From NCBI GenBank assembly GCA_025786725.1, contig JAHLTZ010000025.1, positions 186,001 to 250,000 on the forward strand: a stretch of 64,000 nt of DNA. The letters are read 5' to 3'. The stretch is from Syncephalis fuscata S228. Its lineage: Eukaryota > Fungi > Zoopagomycota. A program made the translations under genes and the position numbers. The stretch's first letter is position 1, and every line of letters starts with the position of its first letter. Shown one piece after another: positions 49,366 through 64,000 of the stretch. The notes below the pieces were generated by a model that had not been told where the DNA came from, did not search any database, and worked only from the letters and a program-made list of their open reading frames with translations.

Positions 49366-51760
49366 ATGGAGGCATTGGTTGATTTTTGGTCACTGGTAGA
49401 AGTTACACCATTGCCTGAATACTGTGAGCGTCTTGTAGGACCGAATGTACTAAGCAAACTAGTTTATTGCTCGGACTTCACTCTAACTATCCGCAAGCCT
49501 TCACCAGTCTCTATTGATATCGATGAGGTGGCAAATGATCAGCCAGTTGTAGTTGAAGATGACAACAACAACAACAACAACAGCGAACTAGAAATAAACG
49601 ACAAGACTACAAGTTATACAACAGATGATTTATTATCATTTGCTATGGAAGCAATGCTAGAAGAAGAAAAGGTCGTAGTACCACTGCCATCTCAAAAAGT
49701 TGAACAGGAGGACAAAATACCCGAGCGCATCTACCATCTTCATCGCTCTATTCTTTGGGTACGAACAGGCTATTTCCGCACACTGCTCGACATTGGCCAA
49801 GGCTTTTCCGAACACAACACCGATAAGTTTACACTGATCTTCGATGATCCGTGTAATGTAGCCACGGCACTATTCGACTACATCTACACCGGTCAAATAC
49901 AAATCGCTATACCCGATCTAGGTGATTTCTACGCACTGGCCGACCTCCTTCAAGTGAACGACTTGCCGCAACAGATTATCATCAAGCTAAAACACTTGAC
50001 CTTTGCTCGCTAGTCCGTTTTGCTCAGCGTATTATCAAAAAAGGCTATGCCAATATTTGTGACCGTGACTTAGTACTGGCTAGAGTTGACGAGTGGCGCA
50101 CCTGGGACTGTATCGACTTTATTGCTATTGACATTGCCGAGGAACTACTCTACGAAGGCATGCTTAATGATGCGCTTGCCCTTTACCGACTCGCCGAACG
50201 TATTGTTCGTCATTACTGGCCCGAAGGCTATGATGAGTCGGCCAAAGACCGGTTCGTGAATTACTATTCCGTGTTAATATGCCTATTTGCTATTCATCAC
50301 TTGACGATGATACGACGCAGCCAAAATCAATACAGAAAATACAAACGAAGATAATGAAGACGATAATAATGGTACCTTCTATACCAATTACTTATTCGAC
50401 GAACTTGAACAAGAATTTATTCGCATTTCGAATGAAGATTTAGTAGAAGCAAAAAAGATTGAAGGTATTTGGCATCTAGTGCCATTAGCCAAATTGGATG
50501 CGGCCTTTTTGATGGCCAGTCTACTTAATACATATATACCACGCAACTATGTGTTGTCCGCCATCCAATGGAGAGCAAGTTGCGCTGAATCTACTGGTAG
50601 AAAGTAAGTAATTACACTCTGTTATTGGTTATTTAATAGCAATACTAATTATTTAATGATTACTTTATTACTTGTAGACCAACTTATAAGTATTTTGAAC
50701 CATTACGCACCATTGAAGTGTCCGTACCATTACCAGAAGATTATATTCCTAGTATAGAAGTAGAGGATACAAATACCAAAACTACCGAACCTGCGTGGAT
50801 ACTGCAGTATTATTTATGCCAGGTATCAATAAACTATGGCAGATGCAGAAGCTACACCACCAACAACAGGCAGCAGTCGCGGTTAAGCTACTTGAATTTA
50901 CTACTACCACTCAACTATTCTATGAATTCCCCCGCGATACACCATATACAGATATTCAACTACGCGATACAGCTAATGATGATCAACTAATAAGCACCCA
51001 TCGTGTTTTATTACATCTACGCTGTCCCGACACTTTAAAATCGCTTAATCTTCGACAAATGAACACTTATTTACGCGATGTTCCCTTATTACTATTACCC
51101 GGTGCACTCGATAATGCTTTGTCCTGGGTATATAGTGGCACGCCTCAACCGGCCATTAACAATAATAGCTTTATTGATTTGCGTGAGCTATTCGCCTTTC
51201 TAGGCTATACACCTGGTCTAATAGCTATAAAAGAGTTTTTTCAAAAACTTACCTCGTTTGCCGCATGGCAAATTATACACCAAACGGTAAAACGTGGTAA
51301 TTTGCCGCACACTTCGTTTAAAGCACTCGAATCCATTTGTACAAAAAACCTGGATTGGTTACCATATTATCGCAATGAACTACCGGCTCTTCGACCTATC
51401 GTGCAGCGATTAGTGCTTACGGAACTGAAAAGTCGCAAGTGTCAAACCGATTGGTATATTAGGCAACATATAATGACGCTAGTTCATTTATGGTATCCAC
51501 AGTATCGTCGCTCGCCTGATGCATGGCAGCGTGCCCTTACAGCCATGGGTCTGGCCGGTGAAATTACCCATGATACGACAAGTACCCAAGAGGAACGAGA
51601 ACTTGAATCGCTTTATGCCATCTGTCTTCACGAATTAAGCTTGGAAGGTCTAAATACTATGCTCTATGATGAATCTGTACCAATTGGCCCCGTTCTACGG
51701 GCTATTGCCTATAGAAGTCAGCAATTCGACGATTGTATTCCTCAACTAGATCTAAGTTAA
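49366..51760 (+). CDS. Protein with two BTB/POZ domains; one intron and about four apparent frameshifts
   Basis: CSDFTLTI...YHLHRSILWVRTGYFRTLL...LFDYIYTG...LADLLQVNDL and YTDIQL...STHRVLLHLRCP...LSWVYSG. The ORF pieces join after single-base restorations at ~50003, 50260, 50325 and 50789. Intron ~50604-50677. Confidence 0.75.
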
Positions 51761-51891
51761 AACTACACATCACTTCATTTACACATTGTTCATTTTTATA
51801 GCATGTAATTTAGATTTTATTATCCACAATAAATAAAAATGCGGTTTTTAAAGTACAAAGAATTTCACCCGGTGGCAATGTTATCCATGGA

Positions 51892-54535
51892 TTATTTTAG
51901 TTTTGCAACTCTATGACTAATGACTAAATATGATCTGTCAAAGATGTTGATTCGGTTTCTAGACTACAATTATGCGTATAATTCACTAGATTATCCTATA
52001 ATGGTTATATCAATCTTAGTATTAACCACACCACCATCTTATTCATTACCTGTAATGTCGTCGCTTCTATCGTAGAAGACTCGCTACGATTGTTGCTATC
52101 ATCATTACTATGATTAGTGGCTATCGTATGTAATGCTCGTTGACCAGCTAGCCATTGAGCTACTTCAACCTAAATGTATTATTTAATTCATTCGTTCATT
52201 AGAAGTAGTTTATAAATACCTATTACTAGCCATTTTACTTACCTCTTCTATAGTGAATGTCGCGCTATCTATCGACTTTTCCGAGTTTGATATCTGTACT
52301 GGATCAGGCAGCGATGGATCTACCTGCTCGTGCAACCATGGACGACCTCTAACCCCATTATTGCTATATTATTACTATATTATTATTTTATATTACTATT
52401 TATGTTCAACTTACGAATGAGCAGCATTGATAAATTGTAGTCGAACACTCCAGGCCGGTATTCTGTAACGAACACTGTTCGTAGCTTGTACTTCTTGGAA
52501 TTCCGATGAATCGTGTAGTGCAATATCTACATTACCATCATTGGCCACAAATGGATCATCGGCCATCTGCCAACTTTCGTGTCTAAATTGCCGTCTCCGT
52601 TTACCGGTAGTTACTACATGTTCAACATGATTGGGACACATCCATCGTCGGTGTGAATTAGGCGGAGAGGTCATCGGTGGCGATAAACAGTCCATGTGCC
52701 AATGTAATGGACAGTAATCACAGGATATAACCGGACCATGAAGGGCTGATTTACGACATGTAAAACATAATCGAATCTGACCATTACTCGACTTTAATTG
52801 ATTAACATCAGATTCCGCACTATAAATGATTAATAAGCCGCATAAATTAACTAGTAATAATGACCTAATAAATAGTTACATTTCCCGATTGGTTTTTGTC
52901 TCTGTTAAATCAACATATTCTCCTAATGAATTGCTTCCCACTACATTATTTCAATTAACACTGCATGATGACTAGTATACGGTTAATGATGGCTTACCTC
53001 CTTTAAATATAGATCGGATTTCATAGGGTAGTCGGAATGCTTTGGGATTAGTACCATTAAATTGTTCCATAAGACCTTGAAACGGCCCTGCATTCTGTGT
53101 AGCAGTAGTAGTGGTAGTCGTTGTTGTTGTTGTTGTTGTTGTAGTGGCTATAGCCATTTCTTGTCCCTTATTATCAACACGGTCAGCAACTATCTACGCC
53201 ATTAGTACAAGTCTATCTACCTTGGCATATCGACAACGTGTACAGAACCAGTCACCTTCCGGTACAGCATCTGGTGATACAGGTGGGTCCATACAACTAA
53301 AATGAAATGCTGCTGGACATGCGTCACAGCATAAAAACTTTCCCTCGCCGCCACAAGCATCACATGTATCGTGATTATGATCCATTGGAAGCTGCAGGAT
53401 ATGATAAGTCGCTATGTCTATCTAATAACTATTGCTTGCCCTCTACCTTCGTGTAATCAAATTGACTTCGTAATACACGCGATGTGGATCGCCGTGCTCG
53501 TTTCTCCGTCTCCTCTGCCTGACTATGACTATTCTGCTTACTATAGACGTATTAATAAGCATCAATGTTTGTACTCCTATTGATCTACCTTGATAACGAA
53601 ATAGCCGGTAATGAAGTAGCTCGAATCACTGGCGATGAAGCTATTTTACTATCATAGATCATTTGATCGGGTAATTCGGTAGATAGTGCCGATATAGATG
53701 CCGTCGCTGCTTCTAGTGTTGGGGCCAGTGTGGTCCTTGTTTTACTATTCATAGGAATAGTATATGGTGGTGGTGGCAATGAAGAAGTGGATTTAGAAGA
53801 AGTAATAGCTATTGTAGCTATCTTTGAATGATCCATTGATCGTTCATTATGAAACGACTTTACACATTGACGTCGATTCAACTTTCTGTGCTTTTCCGTC
53901 TCCAATCCATTATATAAGGAGTTTGTTGTTATTGATTTTGCTGTTGTGGTACTAGTTGTTGTCAGTGGTAGTGGTAGTGGTAGTGGTAGTGGTAGTGGTG
54001 GTGTTGTTGTTGTAATAGTGTCCATAGTGTCCATAGTGTTCCCATATCCATTGACCTTTGTAGTATCTACATCCATGGGCGTTGTTGTTGTTGTTTTATT
54101 ACTAATCAAATCCCATTCTGAATTGACCACTTCACTTATCTTTTCCCTTTCCCTTCCTATAATAGGAGAGGAAGAGGAGGATGATAAAGATGAAGATAGT
54201 ATAGGTTGTCCATTAGACAGTTTAGTTGTTGTTGTTGTTCTTGTGGTACGCGGTGATCTTCGACGAGTATGGCTATGGGATCTTTTGGTTGTTACGGCAG
54301 TAGTAACTGGGCCATCAGACAATGATGATGATGATGATGGCAATACTAATGGTGTAGATGGATGTGTATTGGTTGTTGTCGATGTTAACGATGTTGACAA
54401 TGACCTTTTACTTTTACTTTTACTTTTACTTTTACTACGCCATGAAGAAGTTGCCCGTTCTGTTTTCAAGTTCTTTAATGCCGGTATTGTAATAATAAGA
54501 CGGGTGGGCGGTGACGTTTTTGCTTCTTCCGTCAT
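51892..54535 (-). CDS. RCO1: Double-PHD-finger protein, Rco1/Cph1-2-like subunit of the Rpd3S HDAC complex, multi-exon
   Basis: PHD1 NHDTCDACGGEGKFLCCDACPAAFHFSCMDPP..GDWFCTRC; NPKAFRLP linker; PHD2 CFTCRKS...ISCDYCPLHWHMDCLSPP...WMCPNHVEH. Long Thr/Ser-rich N-terminus. Confidence 0.82.
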
Positions 54536-55185
54536 GATTTACAAACTATAGTCGTTATTATTCCTATTACGGTGGCTACAACTACAACTACAGCTACTAT
54601 TGCTGTTACAAGGGTTACTACTCGCACTACTAATAGTATTATGACTATAACTATACTACTACTATGGCTACATTAAACAATACCATTGACTTTGTTAATA
54701 ACAAGATTTGTTAAGTGATTGTTCAATACAAAATACTTACATTAGACTGTAGTCAACTATATAAATATAGTTACAAAACAATAATAATGGGTTGACCCAC
54801 GTCCAATAAGTTAACCAGTGGCTGGTCAAGTAATAGGTGTGGGTGTGTAGTAATAGTAATAGTAATAGTGGTGGTGGTGGTGGTGGTAAGATAAAAAGAA
54901 AACAAGTAGTAAAGTGTGAATAGTAAAGTGTGAGTAAGGAAGAAAGAGTGAGGAAAAAGGGGAAGAAATTGAACCGTGTAGTTTTACTACTTCCGAACGC
55001 TTAACCACTCATGGTTCTTGAGTCAGTTCATAGATAGTGTTGGTTATTTGGTTATCATTATAGAGATGTATAACTATATACATATACATATACATATACA
55101 TACTATGATACTCATTATGATCATAGATTTATAGACAGTACACAGGGTTGATATTGATCGGTTTATTCAATATACCGTAACAAGG

Positions 55186-55248
55186 ATGATGATGATGATG
55201 ATGATGATGATGTTGTTGTTGTTGTTGTTGTGGTGGTGGTGGTGGTTG
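55186..55248 (+). repeat. Compound trinucleotide microsatellite (GAT)n(GTT)n(GGT)n
   Basis: Directly visible just downstream of the cysteine synthase stop codon. Confidence 0.9.
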
Positions 55249-55276
55249 TCGTGTATGTGTTGTGTGTATAGACATC

Positions 55277-56976
<1,700 letters not shown>

Positions 56977-57225
56977 GATAAACTAAATAATCAAAGAAAA
57001 AGAGACGTATACATACACAGGTTCAATGTAACAAGAGTGACGGTGATAGTATATATATATATATATATACGTGTGTGTGTGTGTGTATTTCAGTCAAGTA
57101 AAAGGATAAAAATGAATTAGTAAATGTTTTGTATTTAAATGAATGTGAAATACGCCATACTATACAACGATGATGATTAATCTATCATTTTATTAGATAG
57201 ATGGATAACCATAGGATGTATTTAT

Positions 57226-57779
57226 TTAAGCAGTACGGAGAATGATATGAACACCGCTATCTGTCCATACTGGACCACTCATTTCTCCAACTTCTAGGGC
57301 AAATGCTGCTTCTTCGAACGCCGCCTGCATCTGACCGCGTTTAAAGAAACCAAGATCACCACCATGACTGGCACTGGAGCAATCGGACTCGGTGGTAGCT
57401 AGTGCGGCCAGAGTCGTTTGATTAGATACAATACGCGAGATATAATCTTCCAGTATAGCCGCCGCCTCTTCTTTACTCCGAGTAATACGCGACTAAACCA
57501 ATAACGTACCGATTATAAATACTATTCATTCATTCATTCATGTTAGATACTTACGGAACGCCATGACGCAGGACGTCGACTTTCACAGTGCTTAACGAGT
57601 AAATGACTTGCTCTAACCTGTTCTACAGAGGCAATGTGACCACTACCACTACTACCTTCTAACTCTGGTCGCTCCCATCGACTTTCTTTCGTACGATGAT
57701 TGTAGTAGTAGGGAAGATTACGCGACGATGAGTGTCTTACTTCCCAGTTGGGCGGTAATGGACCGTGATTGTCGCTCAT
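57226..57779 (-). CDS. ESS1: Peptidyl-prolyl cis-trans isomerase Pin1/Ess1, 2 exons
   Basis: WW domain LPPNWEVRHSSSRNLPYYYNHRTKESRWERP; parvulin domain VRASHLLVKH, SDCSSA, GDLGFFKRGQMQAAFEEAAFAL, TDSGVHIILRTA*. Confidence 0.96.
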
Positions 57780-58030
57780 GCTTCAAATAAACTATAAAGT
57801 TGTGGTAATTTGATAAGATGGTTAATTGGTTATGGTTATCGTGATGACTATGACGGTTATGGTAACGATAAAGAAAGAAAGTAAGGAAACAAGATGACGA
57901 TGAACTGTTAACGCGACCACTACACGACTATTTCTATCTCTTTCTCTTTTACTCTGCTCTTCTATTCAATCAACTAACCACAACACCAAGTCTATTGTTA
58001 AACGTTATTACTGTTGAGTAAAACAACACG

Positions 58031-58261
58031 ATGACGGCCACTATTCTACCAACCCAGCTATTCTCAAAAACACTTATTTCACCACAAGTGCAAACATCAC
58101 TGCCTACCGGCTATGTTATTCGTCCGTTGGCCATTGATGACTATGAGAAGGGCTTTATTGAGGCATTGAGTCACTTGACGGAAGTAGGTGCACATTCCAA
58201 GGCAACTTTTCTAGGTAAGAGGATATGCTTATTCTATAATAACCATAGTTACTATACTAAT

Positions 58262-58298
<37 letters not shown>

Positions 58299-58770
58299 AT
58301 AGAACGCTATACGTATATTAAGGCGCATAACCATGAATACTATACACTTGTAATTGAAGATACAAAGCGATCCAAGATTATGGCAGCAGGCACTGTCTTC
58401 ATTGAACGTAAATTTATTCGTGGTAATGGTCTAGTTGGTCATATCGAGGATATTGTAGTGCACAAAGAAGCACGCGGTCTACAATTTGGACGGTATATTA
58501 TTGAAGCACTTAAATATGTTGGTGCTAGTGTAGGTTGTTATAAAAGTAAGTAATTATTAAATAGTATACTATTTATACTAATAAAATGTCACTAGTTATT
58601 CTCGACTGTTCGGAGAAGAATGTGCCATTTTACGAGAAATGCGGGTAAGTAGACGTGTTGTTGTTTTATTAATACAAATACCCTTCATCTAATAATATGG
58701 TAGATTCAAATTAAAAGAAGTTGAAATGTCCTGGTATATTCCAACGGATGCTCCTCGTGCCAAACTCTAA
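58031..58770 (+). CDS. GNA1: Glucosamine-6-phosphate N-acetyltransferase, 4 exons
   Basis: IRPLAIDDYEKGF, IERKFIRGNGLVGHIEDIVV and GCYK|VILDCSEKNVPFYEKCG|F motifs. Confidence 0.95.
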
Positions 58771-58815
58771 TTATATTGATAATTGGACATTTAATTAATA
58801 CAAATAAAGAAATGT

Positions 58816-60596
58816 TTATTTCGCAGATCGCTTTCTATTTGCTTTAAGTTTAGTTGGTGCCAAAGTAAATTTGGGTTTCTTTACTGGTCGTTCTATTATA
58901 GATAAATAGATTAATTTATTTATTTATTTATTTATTATACTATTAACTACTTACCTCGTTCTACTGGTGTCTCTTTTACTTCTGTAGCATCTTCATCTTC
59001 ATCTTCATCAAATGCTTCCATATGATCATCACTATCATTGTCACTACCAAATCCATTTTCATCTTCAGTATCCGAATTAAATAGTCCACCTTTACGTATA
59101 CGTGGATGATCAGCATCCTCAATCTCTATATCCTCATTATCTTCTTCTTCTTCTTCTTCTTCTTCTTCTTCTTCCTCTTCCTCTCCTTCTTCTTCATCAT
59201 CGCCATCTTCATCTTGTTTTTGTTTTGATTCATCATTGGCCTTTTTACGTGCTACATTTTCTTCTTGTTCCTTTCGTCGACGAGCCTTTTCTTGTTGTTT
59301 CTGTAGAACACGTGCCTCTTGTTCTTTAACCTCAGCCTTTGTCTTTACCACTATAACCATACATTAACATTATATCTATATATACATATAATATATATAA
59401 CCACTTACCATGATGATGATAAAGTACTTCACCGTTACAGAGACCTGCTTCTACTTTAAGTAGCTTCAATTCCATACGTGGTCCCATTTCAGTCAATCGT
59501 ACAGCTCTTTGTTCTGAACTTTGGTTATTACGGCCTACATATCGTTGAGATAAGGTTACGGTATTTTCAGGTCCATCTTCTACATCACTTTCTGAGGCAA
59601 ATGCTTCTCTATACAGTGACAAGTATTAATGATCTATTTACAGCATTAAATAGCGACCTACCGTAACACATAGTCGCTAACATCTTCAAACTGAGAAAGA
59701 TTAGGTAGATTGGTGTTGATAATAACGCGTTTTACACCTTTTGTTACGCCTACAGGCTTTACATTAATACTATAGTGTCGGAAGTCGATATTGCCCGTAT
59801 CTGTGTTGTAGTTAAGCAGTACAACACGACGTGCCTCTGATAGTTTCATCTAATAACATAGATAGTTAGTTAAATTATTAATAATGGCCCTGTATTATTC
59901 TATACAACTTACTGTTTTCACATTGATTGGGGCAAATAGATTTTGGAACATGGCGGTTAGTAATTTCATTTGCTTTTGCTCCCCACCAAAGTTATTCATA
60001 ACAAGCTAATTATACGAGTATATTGGTTGGTTAATAGGCCATTTACCCTATGATATTTACTTACTAGTGGTGCGGTCTGGAATTCAGCACCTGGAGATTT
60101 GGGTCGTCGTTGTGAGGAGAGTACATCTCTGGCCAGTGAATAGGTGCAAATACGGAAGGTAAGTGTAGGACCGTGTGGAACACGCGCCATACGTAGATTC
60201 ACGGCTGTCTCCGTTCGTCCAAATACTAGCATATGAGTGACACCAAGTTGACCGGCTACTTGAATAAAATCTTTTAATTTGTTATTTTTCCTTTCCTATA
60301 ATATGGATTATTAATTAATATTGATCTACTTTAATATACAACTATTACCTTTAGACGAGAAGCGGTATGTGGTTCCATTACTGAACGGATATCATGGACC
60401 AGTTCTGATACACTTCGACCTGGATTACCAGCTCGAATCACAAAACTCTTGGGGATCTTGGTGGCATTTTCAACATTGGCTCCTTCTGGCACAGCACCTT
60501 CCTTTCCTTTATTATGCGTTCTGGTCTTTCTCTATAAATGGACATAAGCATACCGTACTATTACAATAATAAATAACTACTTACCCGACGAGCCAT
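58816..60596 (-). CDS. SSF1: Brix-domain ribosome biogenesis factor Ssf1/Peter Pan, multi-exon
   Basis: PKSFVIRAG, VMEPHTASRLK|ERKNNKLKDF, PHGPTLTFRICTYSL, FQNLFAPI, DFRHYSI and AVRLTEMGPRMELKLLKVEAG motifs, with an acidic tail. Confidence 0.93.
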
Positions 60597-60734
60597 GACA
60601 CTTTGTAGTAATAGTCGTAATAATAAATACTGTAAAGAATGAATTCAAAGCTGCTTTTAAACGATCAAAGAAAAAAGAAGAAAAAATAAACTGAACAATA
60701 TTCATTTCTTAGTACACACACACACACGTACACG

Positions 60735-61650
60735 ATGTCAACACCCAGTACTACTGAAGAGACAACACCAGTCTCTAAATGTCCAGTTGATCATAAGAAC
60801 TTTGCGCACTTTCTACCAAATAGTAGTAATGACCAATCTACAAGTAGTCATGACAAAGAAACGCTGAATCCAATCAATTATATGTCGACACCAAATCAAG
60901 AACGGGCTACTGACCAGCAAATACCTCTTGATACTTATCGTGAGCTTTCTACCATTCCAATGGCTATATCAACGCAAAAGCTACTTGGCAATGACAGTAG
61001 TAATAGCAATAGTAATAGCAATAACCATACTGATAGTGAAAATGCATGTCCAGCAGCAAGTGGCGATAAAAAGGACGGTGTCTGGGTATATCCATCACAG
61101 CAAATGTTCTTTAATGCACTAAGACGCAAGAATTGGAATCCAAATGAAGAGGATATGCGTACTATTGTACCCATTCATAATGCAGTTAATGAACGGGCCT
61201 GGAAGGAAATTCTTAAATGGGAACATATGCATCAAAGGTAGACAGATTGGTCTAGTATTATCATTATAATGATTATTAACAATGTTAATAATATAGTGAG
61301 TGTGGACAACCGGCACTTGTTCGATTTCAAGGACGGCCTCAGGATATATCACCAAAAGCGTGGATACGTAGTTGGTTTGGGTAAGTAGCTGATACTAATT
61401 TATAGTTATGTATTTAGTGTATCTAATACGACACGTTACTAGATATAAATTGCCCTTTGATCGACATGATTGGGTGGTAGATCGGTGTGGTGAAGAAGTT
61501 ACATATATTATTGATTTCTATGCTGGACAGCCTGATCCAAAACGACCCGATGCCGTGGCATCCTTTTATCTCGATGTTAGACCAACACTGACACCGAGTG
61601 GTCTATTAGATCGTGTCAAATATCTATTTCGTCAATTAACCAGTGATTAA
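60735..61650 (+). CDS. CYT2: Holocytochrome c/c1 synthase (heme lyase), CYT2-like, 3 exons
   Basis: CPVDH heme-regulatory motif; WVYPSQQMFFNALRRKNW, IHNAVNERAWKEILKWE, PFDRHDWVVDRCG and FYLDVRP motifs. The CYT2 versus CYC3 assignment is tentative. Confidence 0.85.
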
Positions 61651-61731
61651 CACAATAATTAAACAATTTTATTATATCCTATTATATCCTATTTTATTAT
61701 ATTTTATTATATTTAAATTAGTTTAAATGAT

Positions 61732-63108
61732 TTAACTGCTATTTTCAGTGGTAATTGATAGGTTCGATTTGACTTTTGACATGATATTCTTTGTAATGTC
61801 ATCTGGTTGAATGCCTGCAGCTAGTAGTTCTCGGTAGTAGCGATAGGCAGCAGGAATGTCATCCATTAGTATCGACCAATGAATCAGCGTATTAAATGTG
61901 ACAATATCACGATGTACATGCTTGCTGTTCATCCTTTGAAGTATTTCATTAAATGCCGTGGCATCTCGTTTCTCGCTATATATGTGCAAAAGTATATTGT
62001 AGGCCATAGTGGATGGTACTAAGCCTCGCCGGTCAAATTCGTCAAATTTGTTCCGTGCCGCTACTGCGTTGCCAAACCTGGCATAGCCTCGCATAAGTTC
62101 GCATAGTGTTACCACAGTCGGGCGTACATCATTGACGAGCATACGAGCAAAGGTGCGCTCGGCTTCGGCCATATCGCTACTATTGACATGGGCGTGGATC
62201 AATTCGGTATAGATATAGGCATTGACCTGGACACCTTCGACACGCATTTGATAATAAATGGCCAGTGCATCGGTTATGCGTTGAGCCTTTACGTAAGTGT
62301 GGATCAATGCTGCATAGATTACGCCATTAGGTTGACGGTTAAGACGCCGCATTTCTTTAACCACCTTCTCGGCACCTTCTATATCATCACGTCGCATATA
62401 AACGGTAATTAAATTACCAAATGTACGTTTCCCCGGTGCCACATCATCTTTAAGCATTTGTTGGTACATCGTCCAAGCATTTTGTCGATCTGCCGGGTAA
62501 ACAGAGCCATAAGCTTGCAACAGCAGATTATAAGCAAGTTGCGTCGGTGGACGTGGCTTATGGCGGTGTCGATGTTGACGAAATAACTTTTCCATGCGAC
62601 GTAGGCTTTGCCATGGCAATGTACGTCGACGACCTGTATTCCACGAGTAAATGCCGCTTAAATGAGCGCGTAACATCAGCTCTAAGGTAAGATCATCCGG
62701 CTTAACATTCTCGTTCTGTAATTGTCGATACACCTTTTCCGCTTCTTTGACGTCGTAGTTATGTGTTGCATTAAGAATATCAGTATGAAAGGGCTCTAGT
62801 TCTGGTATTGATTGCGGTAATGGATCAGATCTTTGATACTTCCAGACCGTATCTGGCTGTTTCGCTAATGGACCGGCTACATGGCAGCATCTAGCTTGAT
62901 CAACGGTCGGTGCAGAACAGTTTGACACCAGATCATTCCTGGTCTTGGTCGAGAAAGTAGACAAACTAGTGGATAGATAACAAACGCGACTATTTGCGTA
63001 TTTTAAAGATACAAAATAACTATATGCTTGGTGAAGTGAAGTAGGAAACGATTGATACTGAATGCTTGTATTAAAACGCGATGAAAACAGTATGTACCGC
63101 CGCAACAT
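61732..63108 (-). CDS. Mitochondrial pentatricopeptide-repeat (PPR) protein
   Basis: Tandem ~35-aa repeats (YNLLLQAYG, TFGNLITVY, IYAALIHTY, IYTELIHAH, AYNILLHIY, TFNTLIHW...GIQPD) and an Arg/Ser-rich presequence-like N-terminus. Confidence 0.92.
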   Translation of the reverse strand: MLRRYILFSSRFNTSIQYQSFPTSLHQAYSYFVSLKYANSRVCYLSTSLSTFSTKTRNDLVSNCSAPTVDQARCCHVAGPLAKQPDTVWKYQRSDPLPQSIPELEPFHTDILNATHNYDVKEAEKVYRQLQNENVKPDDLTLELMLRAHLSGIYSWNTGRRRTLPWQSLRRMEKLFRQHRHRHKPRPPTQLAYNLLLQAYGSVYPADRQNAWTMYQQMLKDDVAPGKRTFGNLITVYMRRDDIEGAEKVVKEMRRLNRQPNGVIYAALIHTYVKAQRITDALAIYYQMRVEGVQVNAYIYTELIHAHVNSSDMAEAERTFARMLVNDVRPTVVTLCELMRGYARFGNAVAARNKFDEFDRRGLVPSTMAYNILLHIYSEKRDATAFNEILQRMNSKHVHRDIVTFNTLIHWSILMDDIPAAYRYYRELLAAGIQPDDITKNIMSKVKSNLSITTENSS

Positions 63109-64000
63109 GGCTAATTGAATTCATAAAAAGATAAGGAAATATGTAATGAATGAATATGTAGAAAAACTTTTATTTAAGTAATAAAATAGTTTGATTTATA
63201 TATAAATAATAATAATAATAATGGCTTGATAAAAGCTTGCCAATGTAAATAGTTTTAATAAAATTAGATTTGTAAAATATGTAAAACTGAAAACAATAGA
63301 TGACATGATGATCATTGGATTAAGCGTAACGCGTATACTGTAATCTAGTACCAAACTTGCAATACGATATTGAGTTGCAGTGTGATGGCAGTCAAAATAC
63401 ATTATTATACATATACTAGCAAAAAGTAATATGATAGTATTGTAATATATAGTAGCTAATAAATAAATCTTATTGTTTAGCTGCAAGCTATAATTCAAAT
63501 ATTTTTGTATTAATAATATAAATCAATCAATAAATAAAGTGCTATTAAAGAAATAGAATGTAGAGTAGGGTATAATGATTATGTGAATTATTCATGATTT
63601 ATTTTGTTAGAATGTATTAAACTTAATTTCTTTAAAAAAGTTTTTATTGTTTAATCAAAGTATAGTGGTATGAATAGAGCAGCAATATCAATGTCTTGAC
63701 TTTAAAACTATACGACATAAGAGCTATAAGAGTAGTAGCTAAACAAATGTAGATAGTTGGAGACAAAAAGTTAAAGCTTATTATTTAGTAGTTTAGTTAG
63801 GCAAAACAACAATTTGATGCTAATTTTAGTGCATTAGCAAGCAATTGAATAAAATGATAATCTATTCAATAATTGAGTGTACAAGAGGCTTTTTGAAATG
63901 ACACTATAAATATACGGTGTTTTGCATAATGCTATCCGTGTTTGTTGACAAAATGATTTATTGAATAAAATACAGTAATATTTGCTTAATGAATTGAAAT

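Noticed and set aside
53946-54551. 201-aa plus-strand ORF, and similar antisense ORFs at 7237-7581, 14783-15172 and 59102-59329
   Set aside because: Shadow frames of low-complexity or GC-rich coding sequence on the opposite strand.

Overview
Intron-rich, AT-rich eukaryotic genomic DNA from a fungus, most consistent with an early-diverging lineage (Zoopagomycota/Mucoromycota; Syncephalis-like is my inference from the gene families, not verified). Both ends carry compact housekeeping genes: MED21, ESC2/Rad60, TIM10, BMT5, a bHLH-ZIP factor and RAD7 on the left; a BTB protein, RCO1-like PHD protein, cysteine synthase, PIN1/ESS1, GNA1, SSF1, cytochrome c heme lyase and a PPR protein on the right. 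The middle (~16.8-48.7 kb) is a repeat- and paralog-rich accessory zone. It holds (i) two near-identical copies of a decayed composite element in which a TIR-bounded MULE/MuDR-like transposase remnant abuts the 3' half of a Fanzor (eukaryotic TnpB) gene, with a candidate omegaRNA hairpin after the longer copy; (ii) three paralogous secreted, catalytically degenerate protein-kinase-like genes; (iii) four LaeA/TdiE-like SAM methyltransferases, three with MGxxxSK N-myristoylation starts; (iv) a U5 snRNA gene, TatD, an HSL-family hydrolase and a YOP1/REEP gene. Many genes show single-base deletions in short A/T runs, most likely uncorrected long-read assembly errors. Exon boundaries were placed by eye and are approximate.
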